Below are positions 1 through 10,466 of a stretch of DNA of 64,000 nucleotides, piece after piece. Source of the DNA: Lama glama (lineage: Eukaryota); contig CM052817.1 of assembly GCA_028534125.1 (NCBI GenBank), positions 1,056,001-1,120,000 on the forward strand, in the 5' to 3' direction. Made by a program: the position numbers and the translations under genes. The notes under the pieces were generated by a model. The model was not told the DNA's origin. It saw nothing but the letters and a program-made list of their open reading frames with translations, and ran no database searches. Position 1 is the stretch's first letter. The number at the start of each line of letters is the position of its first letter.

Positions 1-1445
1 AGCTGCCACTACACCCTCCACTCCCTTCCAGCCCTACTCTGGGTTTTTCCTGCCTGGACCCTTGCTTTCTGTCCAGCTTGCTGGGACGTTCTTCCTGCCA
101 CTCACCTGACCAGCCTCAGGTCATCTCAGAGCCTGGTCCCACTGTGGCTGGTCAGGGCATCCAGCAGCCCCCAGGCAGCACATGGATCAACAAGTGCCTT
201 TGAGATTTTCCCTGATTCCACTTTGGTCTGCAAGGAGGAGGCAATTGCCCCAGGCAATTTCTGGCATCTCTTGACACAGCGGGTAGGGGTGACTTCCCAG
301 CTTGGCCACCCTTTCCCCATGACTCTTGGGACCCTTGCGCTTGCGGCGCCGCCGGTGGACCAGTGCAACTCCTGGGACTGGCGTCCTCCCTCTCCCCACT
401 CGCCTGAGTCCCTTAGTAGGGACGCTGCCAGGGGTAGTCCCCTTCCTGGCCTCTAGGCGACGGTAACCTCCTCCCTGGGCCCCAACACGGGCTTAGAGTC
501 CTAGGCCTGGACCCCCAGGCCTCATCCTCAGCCGCGCGGGTGTGAACTCAGCTCGGGGCTGCCTTGCGGGGTCACTTTCGGGGAATTCGGGCGACGCGGG
601 TAAGAGGGTGCAAAGATGCAGGGAGGTGAGTTCTACAAGTGCTGGGGGTGGGGCTGGGACTACCTGTCCTCTCACTTCCACCTCTCCCCTCCTCCCCGGC
701 CCGCAGCGTCGGCGGGTATGGCTCGCGAGGACCCGGAGCACGCGGCGAGAGCCTCCACTGCACCTGCACCGAGATCGTGGGGCGCATGCGCGGAACGAAG
801 AGGGCGGGGGCCGGGCCGGGAGGGGTCCTGTGGGTCCCGCACCCCCGTGCCTTCTGCAGGGATCTGGTATCCGAGCTGGGCGTGCTGCGCTGCGTGGGGA
901 CGCGCGGGGCTGCGGGCGACGTGGGCATCACACCCAGCTACGACCGCGTCCCCGCGCCTCGAGCCCGTGCGGCCCCGGGCGCAGGTTCCCAAGGGCGCCC
1001 AGCAGGGGAAGCCGCGGAGCCCCGACTCCAGGTCCCGGCCAGGCGCTGCGTTCAGACAAAGGGTCGGAAGATGGAGATGGAGATGGAGATTCTTCCGTGA
1101 CAGCGCCAGGTGGCCGAGGAGGAGGAGGACGAGGCGCTACGGGCTCCGGCGGCCCGGCTCCAGGTCCGGAGCTCACAGGCCCGCGTTAGGCGGCGGGGGC
1201 GCGGGGACGCAGGGGCCTGGCGGGAGGCGCGGAGCCTGGAGCCCCACGGGGCGCCCGTTCCTGGTCGGGACCCCGGCCGCACGCGCGCTCGTCTCTGGCC
1301 ACCTAGCGGGGCTCGGTCGCTCCGTCGTGCCCCGGGCCTCCCGCGCCGCCCCCGCCCGGCCGCGGTGCAGCGCCCAAGTGTGCCATCGGGCGGGCGCGGA
1401 GGCGGCGTCTGCTCCCACCCTCGAGATCACATGGTGACCCTCGGC

Positions 1446-1520
1446 AGCCAATGAAGTGGACGCTAGGACCCTGCGGGACCCCGGGCGCCGCGACTGCACC
1501 GGCGCCGCTGCATTATAAAT
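1446..1520 (+). promoter_or_regulatory. NAT8L: Core promoter: CCAAT box (AGCCAATGA 1446-1454) and TATA box (TATAAA 1514-1519)
   Basis: AT-rich motifs standing out in the GC-rich island, in canonical order and spacing, ~225 nt upstream of the ATG. TSS inferred near 1545. Confidence 0.6.
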
Positions 1521-1597
1521 ACTTCTCCAAAATGCGGCGCAGCTCCCTGCGCGCGCCCCGGCTGCCCGCCACCTCCGCCCCGCGCTCCTGAGCAGCT

Positions 1598-1645
1598 GCC
1601 GCCGCCGCCGCCGCCGCCGCCGCCGCTGCCGCCGCCGCCGCCGCC
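1598..1645 (+). repeat. (GCC)9 GCT (GCC)6 trinucleotide repeat in NAT8L 5' leader
   Basis: Read directly from the sequence. Confidence 0.95.
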
Positions 1646-1740
1646 GCGGGTCCGAGGGCGCCGCGCCCTTGCCCTGGGCCGGGGCTGAGCCCGCCCGCAT
1701 CCCGGCCCGCGTCCCTGCGCTGCGCCGCCCGGCCGGGTGC

Positions 1741-2116
1741 ATGCATTGTGGGCCTCCCGACATGGTCTGCGAGACGAAGATCGTGGCCGCCGAGGACCAT
1801 GAGGCGCTGCCGGGGGCCAAGAAGGACGCGCTGCTCGCTGCCGCCGGCGCCATGTGGCCCCCGCTGCCCGCTGCCCCTGGGCCGGCCGCCGCGCCCGCCG
1901 CACCCCCACCTGCACCCGGCCCCCAGCCCCACGGCGACGCGGGGGGCGCGGGGCCGCCGGAGGGGCGCGGCGTGTACATCCGCGAGATCCGCGCAGCTGA
2001 GCAGGAGGCGGCGCGCCGCATCTTCTACGACGGCATCATGGAGCGCATCCCCAACACGGCCTTCCGCGGCCTGCGGCAGCACCCGCGCACGCAGCTCCTC
2101 TACGTCCTGCTGGCGG
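1741..2116 (+). CDS. NAT8L: N-acetylaspartate synthetase NAT8L, coding exon 1 (376 nt)
   Basis: ATG 1741 translates MHCGPPDMVCETKIVAAEDHEALPGAKKD...RRIFYDGIMERIPNTAFRGLRQHPRTQLLYVLLA; phase-1 donor G|GTCAGT at 2117. Confidence 0.97.
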
Positions 2117-2749
2117 GTCAGTGCACGAGGACCCCGCGGGGATGGTGGGGTCGGGGCCGCAGTCGGCCGGGTGCACCCCCGCCTGCCGCAGTCCGCGCCC
2201 GCCCGGCCCTCTGGGGACGCGCGCGGGACTCCCTTCCGCCCGCTCACCCCCGCCTCGGGCCGGGCCTATCCTGGGAGGGAAGCGGACCCCTGTCGCCCCC
2301 TCGCACGCGCGGAGCCGCGTTCTGCGGCGGCCCGGGGCGAGGTGTCGCCCAGCGCTGGGGCCAGCCCGGGCTCCCGGCCAAGGCGCGCCGGGCGGGGGCG
2401 TGGGAACGAGTGCCGGCCGAGTGCAGGGGCTGCGGGCGGGAGAGAACCGGGGTCTCCACCTGCGTCTCCTCCCCGGTCATCCCGGGTGGGGGCGGGGTGT
2501 CGGCAGGTAGCTCCCGCTGCCGAGGCCCCGCGCCTGGCGCGTGTAACTATATATAATCCACGGGGCGGGGGAGGCTGCCTCGGCGGCTCCAAGTGTTAAT
2601 TTATGAGGGGAAGACAGCCAGCTCCCCGGGGTGCCGGGGGAGGGTGTGCTCCGAGGAGGCAGAGCGAGGGGCAGTGGGTCCTTGCAGGGGGCAGCCGCTG
2701 CAGGGGATTTGGGGCTTTGCCCCTTGAGGCTTCGTCACGGGAGGTGGTT

Positions 2750-2822
2750 CTCCGGTTCTCCCCATTTCATAGATGAGGAGCTTGAGACTCGGAGGTGGGA
2801 CTCTCCCAAGGTCACGCAGCGG
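2750..2822. mobile_element. MIR SINE core fragment
   Basis: cccatttcatagatgaggagcttgagactcggagg...cccaaggtcacgcagc resembles the MIR core. Confidence 0.65.
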
Positions 2823-3404
2823 AGGCACTTTCACTGCAGGCACGTCTGCCTCCCGGTGGCCTAGGCTGGAAGCAGTTTTGGCCTTCCTCCCTTGTTCTTG
2901 TCTTCACAACACCCAGAGGCTGGCCCAGGGAGGCTCTTGGCTGGGGCTCTCCTGCGGAAGGTGGAGCTCCCACTTCCCAAGGGTGGGACGGCCTGTAGGT
3001 GCCTCTGTGGCTTCCCACCAGTCTAGTGTGGGCCAGGATGTGGACAAAGCCCCTTCCTCAGCTAAGGGGCCATAGGGTGATGGGCAGGGGCCACCCCGGG
3101 GAGCCCTGCCTGGGACTACTCCCGCCAGCTACCGAGGGCAGCCTGCCCACATGCTGCTGCTGCACTCAGGACACTTAGAGATGCTATGATGCTGGGTTAT
3201 AAAGGAGTATGTCCTTGTGGTGGGGAGTTCGGTGATAGGGAAGAGTGGTGAGAAGCAGCTCTGACGTTCTTTGCTCTTCTGGAGAAAACAGTCTGGCGTG
3301 GTCTCTTCTCTGTGCATGCCCCTGACTGGCTTATTCACCAGGGGGCTGGTGCAGCGTGCGGCCCTGCCCTGCCCTCCGGTCACCTGCGCCGCCTCTCCCT
3401 GCAG

Positions 3405-3569
3405 CGCTCTGCTTTGCCCTGACCCGCTCGCTGCTGCTGACCTGCCTGGTGCCAGCAGGGCTGCTGGGCCTGCGCTATTACTACAGCCGGAAGGTGGTCC
3501 TCGCCTACCTGGACTGCGCGCTGCACACGGACATGGCTGACATCGAGCAGTACTACATGAAGCCCCCCG
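3405..3569 (+). CDS. NAT8L: NAT8L coding exon 2 (165 nt; hydrophobic membrane-associated segment)
   Basis: Acceptor ccctgcAG at 3403-3404; ALCFALTRSLLLTCLVPAGLLGLRYYYSRKVVLAYLDCALHTDMADIEQYYMKPP; donor G|GTGAGT at 3570. Confidence 0.97.
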
Positions 3570-5663
3570 GTGAGTCCCCAGGGGTCCCTGACCTCCCCTC
3601 CCCACCACTGCCTGCCATCTTCTCAGCTCTTCCTTCTGGCAGAGCTGCCCCAACTCCAGGAACCTCAGGGCAGGCCTGGGCAGGACAGGACACCAGGCCC
3701 AGGTCAGCCTAGGCTGGGGCACCCCCATGACCTGAGCCTTCTGGGTAGCAGGGCTCTGGCCAAGGGTTGGGGGGTGTGGCAGGCTGGCAGGGGCTGGGAT
3801 TGGCAGAACTAGGTCCTTGGGGCTGAACCTCTTCCCCGGGTGTCCCCGTGTCCTCTGAGGACAGGGCTCTGAGCAGCCTGAGCTGGCTTGGGCCGTGCTG
3901 TCCTGGCCCGCTCTTCATGCTGTAGTTGCCGCCGCCCTGGAGCTTAGTGGGTGGGAGGAGCCTCACCCCTCTGGGTCCTGTTGCTTGGTGTGCCTTGTTG
4001 GATGTTGGGATGGCCTGGGATGGCAGGGCCCTGTGTGGCAGGGGCAGAGGACCACATGGTGGGGAGAGGATCCAGGGAAAGGCAGAGGTCACTCTGGCGG
4101 GGGGATGAGGACCCTAGGAGAACAGGACTCAAGTCTTGGTCTCCACTTCTGGTCTTTGGCCACTTAGCCCAGGGTCTCGCCCCAGCTTCCTGGCTCTCTG
4201 AAGAGGGAGGGGCTGGGACCTGGTCTGGACCCATTCTCTCCTCATGCAGAGGGAGGGGCTGGCTCTGAGGCAGGGTGGGTCCTGGGAGGCAGGGTCACAT
4301 GCTTTTTTCATGCCTGGAGTGGGGCACGAGGGTCTCCTAGGTGCTGGAAGGTCTCTGGGCTCAGAAGAGGGGACAGGGTGGGCCTGAACTAGCAGGTAAG
4401 TGCCAGGAGGGGACGAGAGACGCAAGGCATCGCAGATCAAGGGTGACCCTGCCTGCCATGGCCAGCTCCTGTGCTGTGGTGGCTGGTTCTTCCCTGGCCC
4501 CAAAGCTGCCTGGCTGGACTTGGGCACCTCTGGTTCCCCTGGAACCTTTCTCAAGCCCAAATGAAGCATCTTATCAGCCTCCATGGAGCTCGAGCTTCAA
4601 CCTGGCTCTGCCCAGGGTGGGAGGGGCCAGAAGGGGAGACCCACCTGGCATCGAAGCCCAGCCCAGTCTGCAGGAGCAGAAGTGGGGCTCAGGTTGGGGC
4701 CTGGCGTGGCCCTACCCTCTCCTGACTGCAGTCTCCTTGGGTGACATTTGGTGGGCCTACAGGAAGGTCCTGCAGGGGCAGAGAAGCTGAGCTTACGGAA
4801 GTGTCCATGCAGTGGGGAAACTGAGGCCTGGGAGGCATGAGGCTCCCAAGACTGTCCTGATCTCTGGCCTGGCCTAGGTGGGTAGGGAGAGCCAGAACTC
4901 CTGGGCAGCGGGCAGGTCAGCTAGTGGAGGGGGAGGTCAGTGGCAGGGGGCCCTCAGCCATTCCTGAGTCCCGGCCTCATGTCCAGTCTCTGGCTCAGGG
5001 TTTGGCAGTGAAGGAGACAGCAGATTCCCTTGCAGAGCTGACGGGCTGAGGGGGCATGTTGGCAGATAAGACAGTGGGGGACCCCCAGAGGTCAGGCGGA
5101 GGGGTGAAGAGTGTCTTCCAGACTAGGATTGGGTGCAGAAGCTTTAGAGGGAGGGTTTGGCTACTCAAGGAGTGATGCTGGGATGGGAGGGGCGGTGGAG
5201 GTAGTTGGCAGGGGGACAGGGCAGCGGAGACTGGAGTGGCCACAGGCAGGGCAAACGCAGGCCTGGCTCCTCTGTGCGGGCACTCACCCCAGCCTCGCCT
5301 CCTGTAGCCCCTAGGCCTTCGGTCACCAGAGGAGACAGCCTCTGTGCCCTGCAGGCCTCTCCCCTCTGCTCGCCTCTCCCCTCTGCTCTTCATCCCCTCT
5401 GCCCCTCTTGCTCTTCTCATTCCCCTAAGGCCTTCCCCCTCCTCCTGCCCTGCATGGGGCTGTGATTGGTCAGGGCCGGAGGTGGGAACGGCTGGCCTGA
5501 CCACTGGGCTCCCTGCCCAGCCTCAGGCCCATTGTCAGGGTGGCTCCCAGGCTGCTGTGGGTGGCGGGCAGGTCAGGCCTGGCTCTCTGTGCCCAGAGGG
5601 CCCCGTAGGGGCAGCTGTGTCATGCAGCAGCACCAGTGGTCCTGACTGCACTGTCCCTTGCAG

Positions 5664-6031
5664 GCTCCTGCTTCTGGGTGGCTGTTCTGGACGGCAACGT
5701 GGTGGGCATTGTGGCGGCGCGGGCCCATGCGGCGGACAACACCGTGGAGCTGCTGCGCATGTCTGTGGACTCACGCTTCCGTGGCAAGGGCATCGCCAAG
5801 GCGCTGGGTCGGAAGGTGCTGGAGTTCGCCCTGGTGCACAACTACTCCGCGGTGGTGCTGGGCACGACGGCCGTCAAGGTGGCCGCCCACAAGCTCTATG
5901 AATCGCTGGGCTTCAGACACATGGGCTCGAGTGACCGCTACGTGATGCCTGGCATGACCCTCTCGCTGGCCGAGCGCCTCTTCTTCCAGGTCCGCTACCA
6001 CCGCTACCGCCTGCAGCTGCGCGAGGAGTGA
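5664..6031 (+). CDS. NAT8L: NAT8L coding exon 3 (368 nt; GNAT acetyltransferase domain, TGA 6029-6031)
   Basis: Acceptor cccttgcAG; GSCFWVAVLDGNVVGIVAA...RFRGKGIAKALG (acetyl-CoA motif A)...RYRLQLREE*. Three exons sum to 909 nt. Confidence 0.97.
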
Positions 6032-7038
6032 CCGCCGCCCGCCCCCGCCGCCCCGCCACCCTGCCCGCCTGCCCGCCCGCCCGCCCGCCGCCCGGGCCGC
6101 TTTCAGACACTCACCTTGGTGTTTGTGTTGGGTTTTTCCTTTTCTGACACCACACGGTTCTCTGGCTGGTTTTGGGGGGGCGTGGGGGCTGTTGCTCATC
6201 CTTGGCACTTGGGGAGGTGTGCTGTTCCCAGCCACACCCCTCGCCCTCCTCAGTCTGCTGGGGCCACACCCTGAAGAGTGACAGCGTGGGCCACCGCGTG
6301 CCCACGCAGCTGCCTGGCCCTGGCTCAAGGCACCCCTCCCAGCCCTCCCCCAGGGAGGAGGGCCCAGCCTTGCCCACCAAGCGCAGAGTCTCTGCAACAA
6401 GGTCCCCACCCAGCAGACCCCTGCCTACCAGCCAGGCGGCGGCTCAGCCATCAGTCCCTGGGAGGCGTGGCCTGCCGCGCCAGCCGGCCATGGCCCCGTG
6501 GAGCGCCGAGCTGGCCAAGGGCCTGCTTTGCTCTGCATGCTGAGGATGTGGCCTGGCTGCAGCATGCCGCATGCCTACGGCCTCCCGCCCCCCTGCCCTG
6601 CCCAGGCTGGCCCCAGCCCAGCCTCTCTGGAGGCCCCGTTGTCCCCCTTGCCTCCCCCAATTCAGCTTTGCTTTGACATCGGATCACCTCTTTCCTTTTG
6701 GTACCTGCCCCTCCCCTGCCCGGGCTTTGCTGATGGCGTCATCACCCAGGTGTGGTTCCCATAGCAACATGTTGCACAGCCGTGGTGGGGCCCTTCAGGA
6801 GAGCAGGGTGGGGAGGCCCTGGTGGGGTCGCTTCTCCCCTAGCGCCAGTGTGACCATGGTGGCCTCTCCCAGAACTCCCTGAGGACCTCCTGCCTCATGG
6901 CTGACGGGCTCTGTCCTGTGATTTACACACCCAGGCTGCTGCCTGCACCACCGAGCCCGCAGCTTCTGCCAGCCTGAAGCCGACCTATTTTTTTAATAAG
7001 TTATTTAGACAGAATAGCACTCTGCATGACTTTAATTC

Positions 7039-7064
7039 TTGGGACAAAATGGTAGTTGATACCT

Positions 7065-7111
<47 letters not shown>

Positions 7112-7253
7112 GTGTGGTCTAGAACACACACACACACACACACCTGTGTGGTTGGGACAAAATGGTAGTTGATACCTTAACACACACACACACACACACA
7201 CAACCTGTGTGGTCTAGAACACACACACACACACACACCTGTGTGGTCTAGAA
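7039..7253. repeat. Compound (CA)n microsatellite embedded in a ~110 bp tandem duplication
   Basis: ttgggacaaaatggtagttgataccttaa-(CA)n-cctgtgtggtctagaa-(CA)n-cctgtgtggt occurs twice, starting at 7039 and 7152. Confidence 0.9.
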
Positions 7254-10200
7254 TATGCACTATTTCTGGCCCAGTTTGGTGGGAGTGGGTGGCCGGGTGG
7301 GTGGAGGGTTTCAGAGTTTGGAATCTGGAGGGAGACCCTGATGTAATATAACTTCCCCCAAAGAGCATTTCCTGGCTTGTGAGGAGGCTCTGGGACCCCT
7401 GTCCAGCCTTGTTGCCCTGCAGAAGCTTTGCGAGGGGCGAGTGGGTTCACTGTGGCTTGGGGTGGGGGCAGCTGTGCTCCCACCCTCTCCTTCCTGAGGT
7501 CGCAAGCATGGGCTCTTGGGTGTGGGAGGCTCAGAGGGGGGAAAGGAAGGTAGTGATTGGCAGTGCCAGCATGTCCAGCTGTGTGCCTGGACCTGGCCTG
7601 GTGGCAGGAGGGCATAAAGACCCCCTTACTCTGGGGGCTGGGAGAGGGGAAAGTGGAGGGCCACGACTGAGCCCCACCTGCGGGGCCGTGGCGGGCGGTT
7701 CTGGAAGAGGCACTTGGAAAGAAGCGATGAGTGAAGCCAGCCCGGTTCCTTGCGGGGCCTCTTGTGCCGTCAGCAGCCGAGTGTCTGCAGAGCATTGTAC
7801 AGACCCCGCTCTCCCCTGTACATTTCTCCCTGGTGGCGCCCGGTCCCTGCTTGGGGATGGGAGTTTTGTAGACTGTACAGAAATCGGCACCCTATTTTCT
7901 TGCAGCTCTCAGATTTTGTTAATGTGGATTATACAGACAGACGTAAAGTGTTTTAGCAAAATGGAAAACAAACAGCTGTGCCTTTTTCCTCTTTCTGTTT
8001 GGTTTGGTTTCGGCTTGGGGTGGCCTGAGTTGGGGCCGAGGGTGAGTTGGGGCCGAGGCTGGTCTGAGGCCTGGCCAGCGGGGAAGCGCAGGCAGGGCCC
8101 ACGCGAGGTCTGCGTGGCGGGTCGTGTCTCGTCGGGGGCAGCCCTGGGACGCTGCCAGCTTTGATCCTGTGCCTTTGGGCCTCCAGTCCCTGGTGTGGGG
8201 GCGCGAGGGTGGGGGCCGTTGGAGCCCACTGGGCCGGGTAGAGCCATGGGGCTGCCCACGTCTGCTGGCATCAACCCAAGCGCCTTGCTGGTGTAGCTCC
8301 AGGCAGTGGTGTGGCCCCTCCCGTCCCGCTGGTGTCTGTTAGAGCTGCGTGCCCTTGGTTGGTGGCCCAGAGGGTGGTAGGCGCTGGCTGGGCTCCCAAC
8401 CTTTCCTATGCCCTTTTGTTGCTGCCAAGAGAGATTCCAGGGGGCGTGTGGCAGCTTGGCCACACGTCTGGAACTCTGCTGCCCAGCTGCTGCCTGGCCC
8501 CTCAGGTGGGCAGAGGCGCCTGTGTGCCCGCCGGGCTGGGTGCACGCTGAGCCCAGGGCAGGACCCTTGCCCGGCCAGCGTGCGGCTCCTGGGCCCCAGG
8601 GGCCCCTGGGGCAGATCTCCCACCCTTCCTCCAGCCTGGGCGCTGACGGCTCCACAAACGTGCACTGAGATGTGAGGTTTTTACCTTTGTAGAGACTCTG
8701 ATGTTGCTTCTACCTCTGTGAAGCGTCCTCCTGGGGTCCCGCCCAGCGACGTGTCCAGGCAGCTTCTCCGGGTTGGGCGGCCCTGGCCCCCTCCCTGTCC
8801 CCGCTGGCCTCCTGGGCCTCCCCAGGTGGGAAGGTGGCACCTGTGCTCAGGGTCCGGGCTTCCAGGACTTCTGTTGTCTGTCTGGAGTGGATAGTGGGCG
8901 ACAGAGCGCTCAGGCTGTCTTCGCCAGATGAGCTTGGAAAACAAGCCCCAGGGGCGCTTCCGGGTGCGGGACCCGAGGCAGCCAAGGGCTCCGGCACCTC
9001 AGGTGGCTCGCTGCCACCAGGCCCTGCCGCACGGCGGGCGGGCGGCCCCTAGGGTGGCTGCCGCTACCTGGCGATGGCCTCTTCAGACAGCTGGCCCCAA
9101 AGGTGGGCGTCCAGGGCGGGCAGTGTGCTTGTGCTGGGGCCAGTCATGTGGTCCGGCTCCGGGACAGCGGAGACCACGCCTCCCACCTTCTGCCTCCACT
9201 GATGTCCAGCCTGGCATCCCACCGCTGCCCTTGGGGAGGGGTGGGGAGAGAGGTCTAGCCCGCCCTGTGGGCCGAAGCCTTGGGCTGGAGGCCATGTGGG
9301 CAGCTGGCCTGAGGCTGCATGGTCCTTGGGCGACCCCCAGCTTGCTCGGGGTGTCTTCTCAGAGACACCCTTAGAGGGGGTGGTGTGGGAGGCTCTCTGG
9401 GCCACAGGGCCTGGCTCTGGCCTCTGGGAGGCATGCTGGCTGTGTGGGCACCGGCCTCTGCCTGCCCTAGGGCCTGGCCCGAGCCCGGGAGCCTGCTGCC
9501 TCTCTCTGGCCGTGTCCTGTGTGTCACCGGCTGCTCCTGTGTCTGTCTGAAGCCGCTTCCGTGAATCATTTTGGCCATGGGCCCATGTTCCTGCGCCAGT
9601 GGCCTCTGGCCGAGGCTTCTGGAGTTTGAGTTCTGAGTTGGGTGTGGGCTGATCGGGGACTGGGGACTACGTTTGCCTCCTGGTACCGACGACATGCTCC
9701 AGTGGTGGCCTGAGGCCCGCTGAGGAGTGGGCAGCCCAGGGCCCGGGGTGGAGGAGGGCGAGCCGCCGCCTGCCGTTGTTGGATGTGTTCTTTTAACAGC
9801 AATAATTCGCCATTTTGGAGAAGGGGCATGCCTGTGAGTGTGTGTGCGTGTGCGTGTGTGCAGGGAGGGAGCCTGGTGGCCGAGGCCGCTGCCCCAGCCT
9901 GGGAAGGGGAGGCCAGGAGGTGCTTGGTGGGGACGGGCTGGCCCTGAGGCCTCGTCCACTCCTCTTCTCCCGGCAGACCTGGAACCCCCTGCTCCTTCCT
10001 CCCTGGCTGAGGGTGCTGGGCAGGCCTATGTGAAGGGGGGACGACCGGGATGAGCCTTCACCTGGATCTTGGTGTGTGGGCAGGGTGGCAAGGGCAGTGA
10101 CACTCAGCCAGATGGGCCGAGATCAGATGTGGGGACAAGAGTCACCACGGCCAGGCTGTTTGACCGCAGCTGCTGTGGGTGCTGTGTCCTTGGGCTGGGG

Positions 10201-10460
10201 GAGCCCAGGCCATGTCATGGTGGCTGGATGCACTGCCTGTGGGGTACTGCGAGCCAGGGCTGGCGACTCTTGAGACTCCAGGATGTGCCAGGACAGCCCC
10301 CGCCAGGGCGCAGGGGGCGGCGAACTGTGTCCCAGGCGAGACCAGCCGTGGGGCCGGGGCCGGGGCCAGGAGTGGGCCCAGGCTGCTGCGTGTGTGCCAC
10401 GGGAGGTGCTGGAGGAGGGGTCCCTCTGCCTGCCCAGCCCCCCCCATGCTGCTGTTTTTC

Positions 10461-10466
10461 AATAAA
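10461..10466 (+). terminator. NAT8L: Candidate NAT8L polyadenylation signal AATAAA
   Basis: First canonical hexamer seen downstream of the stop, preceded by a U-rich stretch (tgtttttc). Confidence 0.65.

Larger units (their letters stand above)
500..2600. promoter_or_regulatory. NAT8L: CpG island covering NAT8L promoter, exon 1 and start of intron 1
   Basis: Very high GC with dense CpG dinucleotides throughout; boundaries estimated by eye. Confidence 0.85.

Noticed and set aside
1088..1108. REST/RE1 site (GACAGCGCC)
   Set aside because: Only the right half-site matches; TTCAGCACC is absent.
542..1454. Overlapping 100-270 aa ORFs in the promoter
   Set aside because: CpG-island artefacts; no recognisable protein or splice structure.
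1532..1591. 19-codon upstream ORF (ATG 1532, TGA 1589)
   Set aside because: The ATG is only ~13 nt after the TATA box, so probably upstream of the TSS.
1173..2247. Antisense ORFs with poly-Ala, poly-Arg or poly-Gly tracts
   Set aside because: Shadow frames of NAT8L exon 1 and the GCC repeat.
1669..2556. 295-aa ORF as a single-exon gene
   Set aside because: It is NAT8L exon 1 plus read-through past the donor at 2117.
7039..7253. CRISPR-like repeat/spacer array
   Set aside because: The apparent spacers are CA microsatellites, the context is a mammalian UTR, and there are no cas genes.
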